Both the position numbers and the translations under genes were made by a program. The notes beneath the pieces were generated by a model. That model was not told where the DNA came from. It saw only the letters and a list, made by a program, of their open reading frames with translations, and made no database searches. DNA of 64,000 bases from Candidatus Cloacimonadota bacterium (GTDB lineage: Bacteria > Cloacimonadota > Cloacimonadia > Cloacimonadales > TCS61): contig JAIPGP010000004.1 of the NCBI GenBank assembly GCA_021735645.1, forward strand, positions 3,225-67,224. Reading direction: 5' to 3'. This document shows positions 63,322 to 64,000 of this stretch, one piece after another (the stretch's first letter is position 1; each line of letters opens with the position of its first letter).

Positions 63322-64000
63322 TCAGACAAATTCACTCAGAACTTCATTACTAATGAAATACCCTTCAGGTGTTAACCTGATATAGCCATCTGCCAATTCC
63401 AGTAATTTCAGGTTCTGGAATTTGACAAGTTTTTCACTGTATTTCTCTCTGAAATCTATTTTAAATTCCTTTTTAAAATCTGCTGATTTGAAGCCTTGTG
63501 TTGTTCTTAATGCCAGAATTATATATTCTTTTTCTCGTAATGTCTCGTCTATCTCTTCGTTATTCGGCATAAAACGCCCTGATAATACCTGCTCTCGCCA
63601 CAAGTTAAGATTTGCCGAATTCTGATACCTGATCCCGGAAATATATCCGGATGCCGAAGGTCCGCAACCTACATATTCCCTGCTTTGCCAATAGGCAGAA
63701 TTGTGGACGGAATGCCTGTTATTCCTGCTGAAACTGCTTAGTTCATACTGCTGCCAGCCATTCTGCTGTAATACCTGCCTGATCATATAATACATCTCAC
63801 TTTCTGTTTCATCGTCAGGCAACTGCTTTTTGAGATATGCCAGCCGGCAGTCATCTGCCAGTGATAGACAATATGTAGAAAGATGCTCAGGTGAGAGTTT
63901 CATATATTCCTCAAGCGAATATTTCACATCTGCCAAACTCTGCTGGGGTAAGCCATATATCAGGTCAAAAGAGATATTGGTAAAACCGCTTTCTCTTAAT
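63322..64000 (-). CDS. hemW: radical SAM heme chaperone HemW / oxygen-independent coproporphyrinogen oxidase-like protein, C-terminal part (gene continues past right edge)
   Basis: The frame stays open to base 64000. Upstream of the track start it reads LRESGFTNISFDLIYGLPQQSLADVKYSLEEY, the classic HemN/HemW block, followed by the HemN_C-like domain (HLSTYCLSL..., YELSSFS). Confidence 0.8.
   Translation of the reverse strand, partial: LRESGFTNISFDLIYGLPQQSLADVKYSLEEYMKLSPEHLSTYCLSLADDCRLAYLKKQLPDDETESEMYYMIRQVLQQNGWQQYELSSFSRNNRHSVHNSAYWQSREYVGCGPSASGYISGIRYQNSANLNLWREQVLSGRFMPNNEEIDETLREKEYIILALRTTQGFKSADFKKEFKIDFREKYSEKLVKFQNLKLLELADGYIRLTPEGYFISNEVLSEFV

Overview
Gene-dense, AT-rich (by eye) chromosomal window. 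It looks like an anaerobic FCB-superphylum bacterium, possibly Cloacimonadota-like. That placement is inference only, from three proteins with T9SS-type C-terminal sorting domains plus amino-acid-fermentation and redox genes. Content, left to right: (1) a B12-radical-SAM plus nucleotidyltransferase pair; (2) an operon of two giant gingipain-like (C25) T9SS surface proteins; (3) a ~1.7 kb gene-poor gap; (4) a four-gene ECF-transporter-like module with degenerate, complementary ATPase halves; (5) an M3 peptidase and a DMT permease; (6) a glycogen/alpha-glucan cluster (GT35 phosphorylase, 1110-aa GH13-like protein, GT5 synthase, lipid kinase); (7) a secreted serpin; (8) a secreted GH57-like enzyme ending in a dockerin; (9) a frameshifted AAA/DUF4143 ATPase; (10) tRNA-Phe(GAA); (11) an AsmA-family protein, a second DMT permease, an M48-peptidase/TerB-like fusion and a TPR histidine kinase; (12) a NuoE/NuoF/(2Fe2S-GltD-NuoG fusion) operon next to gdhA; (13) DUF512-like and AI-2E transporter genes, then an MFS transporter; (14) a 1345-aa triple-module beta-helix T9SS protein; (15) rpsA, a conserved secreted protein and the 3-prime part of hemW. 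The most unusual signal is in the intergenic DNA, not in any CDS. The spacers hold a modular repeat vocabulary: many short tandem arrays with a fixed 9-bp period but different cores, often abutting stop codons. Several are preceded by a CTTACATT(ACATT)-type leader. There are also a ~345-bp near-identical duplicate 8.3 kb apart, a 40-bp-arm inverted-repeat element with partial copies elsewhere, 82-125-bp tandem duplications, and a 185-bp nested palindrome. No CRISPR array, rRNA, transposase or integrase was recognised. All calls come from reading the sequence and the ORF track; no searches were run.
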